A DNA stretch of 49,686 nt. Source: Amoeboaphelidium occidentale (taxonomy: Eukaryota). Of this stretch, positions 46,451-49,686 are shown in pieces. A program made the translations under genes and the position numbers. The notes under the pieces were generated by a model that did not search any database, was not told the origin of the DNA, and saw nothing but the letters and a program-made list of their open reading frames with translations. The stretch covers positions 1 to 49,686 of the forward strand of contig JALGPX010000082.1 in assembly GCA_023515795.1 (NCBI GenBank), in the 5' to 3' direction. Position 1 is the first letter of the stretch. The number at the start of each line of letters is the position of its first letter.

Positions 46451-47664
46451 ATGTCGAGCTCAAGCAAAACACAAAAGTAATTGTCGAAATTCCGAATTAT
46501 TCATTCCTGTCGATTTAGAAAGGGCGCTGAATTCCTCTGTAAAGTGCGGTACAAGAATACGCTGCCGGACTTGCCTTTTGGGCCTAAATTACTGCCAACT
46601 GGAGATGCGAGCGATTATGCAATTTTTAAGTATACGGACTGGATGAAGAGCATTCCTTATCCACTCACATTCCCAGGGGACCTTGGAATGCCACTGGACT
46701 TTGTAGATTTACAGGGCCCTCAAATAATGGATAATCCAATAATCGAAGATGAAGATATCATGCTATTAGAACCGTATAAAGAGCAGACTAGCGAGCCAAA
46801 TGGTGTAAAGATGCCCATGGTATCGTGGCTCAGGCGAACGGAGTATATTTCAACAGAGGCAAGTTCCTTTCGCCAGCGGAAGAATGAGACGGTGGATGAG
46901 AAGCGCATCAAACAGCGTCTCAAAGAGAACCCTGAAATATTTGCCACAGACAGAGAGTCTCAGATTAAGGCCATCGAAAAAGGATTCCAGGAAATTCAAG
47001 ATACCGAGAACAATATTATTCATCCTTTGAATCCTAATCTCGAAGCTGTTGAAGTTTATCCCGTGTTCCCTGACTATGATATGTGGTCTCAAGTCTTTGC
47101 ACAGTGCAGCTTTGACGATGATCCAGCCGCAGGCTTAAAGGGTTCAGTAGATGAAAACAAAGCAGAAGATTTAAAGAAGCGCTCTATAATGACTGCATTC
47201 GATGTTGATGGTAAAGACGTTATGGTTTACTATCTTCCGAAAGACAAGGGCTCAAACCCTATGCTTATCGATGGCGAGGAAGATGAGGATGAAGCAGAAC
47301 TTTACGAATACACAAGGCAGCTTGAATTTGTTCCTGTACGTGAAGAAGGCAAATTATTCTTTGTGATCGACCCTGAAAGAAAGATTGCAACGTACAACAA
47401 GGTTGATCTTACATTGAACTTGAAGAGAAAAAGAGAAAAGGTACGTCAGAGTCTATCTTTCTTACTTATGATTAGAGGAAATCACAGAGTGCGAATGGTT
47501 CTTCACAGCACGATATCTCTGCTGCAATTCCATCTATCTTGAGCGTTACACGGAGAGAGAAGACAGAAGAAGAAAAGGAGCGGTATGAAAGTGTTATGCG
47601 TTCGTTTACCAATCCAGATTTGTCCGACGCAGAAGCATCACACGAAAGCATGGATGAATTTTAG
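46451..47664 (+). CDS. PAF1: RNA polymerase II-associated factor Paf1
   Basis: FLCKVRYKNTLPDLPFGPKL, DLGMPLD, VSWLRRTEYIS, QIKAIEKGF, EVYPVFPD; two introns. Confidence 0.93.
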
Positions 47665-47928
47665 CATGTTTCGAATTGTAACATCTTTGCAGAACAGAGA
47701 CTCTGTGTGATAGATAACCTAAGTACATGTATCTTTTTTCGAAGATCGCGAGCTCGATAAAGTGAACTAAGGTTTAATGAGATGAGATTGACTCTCATTA
47801 AAGCCTCAGTAAATCATGTTCCTTTGACTTGGTTAAGCTGAAACATGCGAGTTTAATGCTTAACCGATTCCTACAAGCTCAACGTCATGCTTTATAGCAA
47901 AAAAACACTTCCTGCCAATAATTCTTTA

Positions 47929-48502
<574 letters not shown>

Positions 48503-48692
48503 TTTAAATGAGATTTACTTTCTTTAACAACTCAAAAGTTATTTTGAAGATGAGATTCGAGAGTTGCTTGTTGCGCCTCAGTTTGCCAACAACACACATG
48601 GCTTGTTTGAACTCGAGATAACGCTTTAATCGAAGTAAATGAAGGATTGATGTTATATTGTACATATTTATTCATGCGATGTAAGAAGTAAT

Positions 48693-48805
48693 ATCGTTTA
48701 TTTGGTACCAAACTTAAAATAATCCTATTTTATAATTATTGTCATAATGATATAATGAAAATGATCATACTTTTTCAGTACACTTTTTGGTACCAAATAA
48801 ACGAT
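48693..48805. mobile_element. MITE-like element with 20-bp perfect terminal inverted repeats
   Basis: ATCGTTTATTTGGTACCAAA (48693-48712) and TTTGGTACCAAATAAACGAT (48786-48805) enclose an AT-rich noncoding core. Confidence 0.6.
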
Positions 48806-49007
48806 CTTTAAATATGCCTCGAAAATGTTCAAACAGTTCTTAAACACGCCTTAATATTCTTCACTTGTGACTTTGCTCTGCAGTTCTCTATTGGATCGTT
48901 TTGTGATGAGTCTTGGTCATGTCTAACACATGTCTAGAATGAGCATGATGATCTCGCATCAATGATGATATAAAGCTCTCACCAGATGCACTTGATAGCT
49001 TTCACAT

Positions 49008-49325
49008 TTCACCTTTGCAGATGTTCAGGTTTGATGTTTGTTCTTTGATGACTCTGATCTTTGACACTTGACCTTTGACACCTTAAACCTTTGAGCCTTT
49101 GATGTTTCACTTGGTCTTCAATTGAAACTTCAACATTTCAAATTATCTATATATATCACGAGATATTTTTTAAAATAAATTAATTAATCAAAGGTGAAGG
49201 GTAAAAGGTGAAAGGGAAAAGGGAAAACATCAAGGGTGAAACAAGCAAAGGTCGAAACACCAAAGGTAAACTAAAGGTGCAAAGGTACAATGCTACAAAG
49301 ATATAAAGGTACAAAGGTGCAAAGC
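49008..49325. repeat. Inverted arrays of a degenerate ACCTTTG/CAAAGGT motif around an AT-rich spacer
   Basis: Left arm has repeated (A)CCTTTG/CTTTGA; right arm has repeated (C)AAAGGT; spacer ~49130-49188. Confidence 0.7.
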
Positions 49326-49686
49326 TATTAATTATTTAATTTCAGAATTTTAATAGTTCCCTATATATACATGTCTCATGGTCAAAACCAGTCGGATTTC
49401 CTTTAATGAGCCCAAGAGGCTTCCATCCTTGGACTATCTCATTGATGAGTTTGATCTTGTCTTTGATGTGAAACCCCTGTGTCTCAAGAAAAAATTGAAG
49501 AATTCTTCCCTATTATTATTTATTGCAGGAGCTCACCTATTCTTTAAACGACTTAACAAGAGATTATTATGAGTTGGAATTTCAGATCTTCAAAGGTAAA
49601 GTTGAACATTTATTGCAATGTAAAGTCAATGATACTGGTTATCTTATTGGTCGAAATGAACTTTTGCCAATAAGGGATCTAGTGTA

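Noticed and set aside
49378..49572. 64-aa ORF near the right end
   Set aside because: No motif support; lies in an AT-rich repeat-bearing region.

Overview
Eukaryotic, AT-rich, extremely gene-dense nuclear DNA with many tiny GT-AG introns (mostly ~31-46 nt, often with CTAAC/CTAAT-like branch points) and intergenic gaps frequently under 30 nt. The gene mix (fungal pentafunctional AROM, GEP4 and DUG3 beside animal-like pICln, TTC14-like, ACADM and a syntrophin-like gene) suggests an early-diverging fungus/holomycotan. Rozella-like Cryptomycota is my inference, not a search result. Positions ~4.7-48.5 kb hold about 30 mostly housekeeping genes. Both ends are accessory: the left end has an intron-containing, possibly decaying XPG/FEN1-like nuclease gene running off the window, two N-joined assembly duplications and a membrane-anchored LRR-like gene; the right end has a MITE-like element and an inverted array of CAAAGGT motifs. 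Splicing the micro-introns by hand reveals features invisible in the ORF track: (1) a type I membrane receptor with PA14/fibro-slime and Ig/cadherin-like ectodomains, a GxxxG TM helix and an integrin-beta-like tail with two NPxY motifs; (2) a PDZ-less syntrophin-like PH-PH-SU protein; (3) a 7-exon UBE2C gene; (4) an unusually long, structured 5'-UTR intron in RPL31. All identifications come from motif recognition; no database searches were run.
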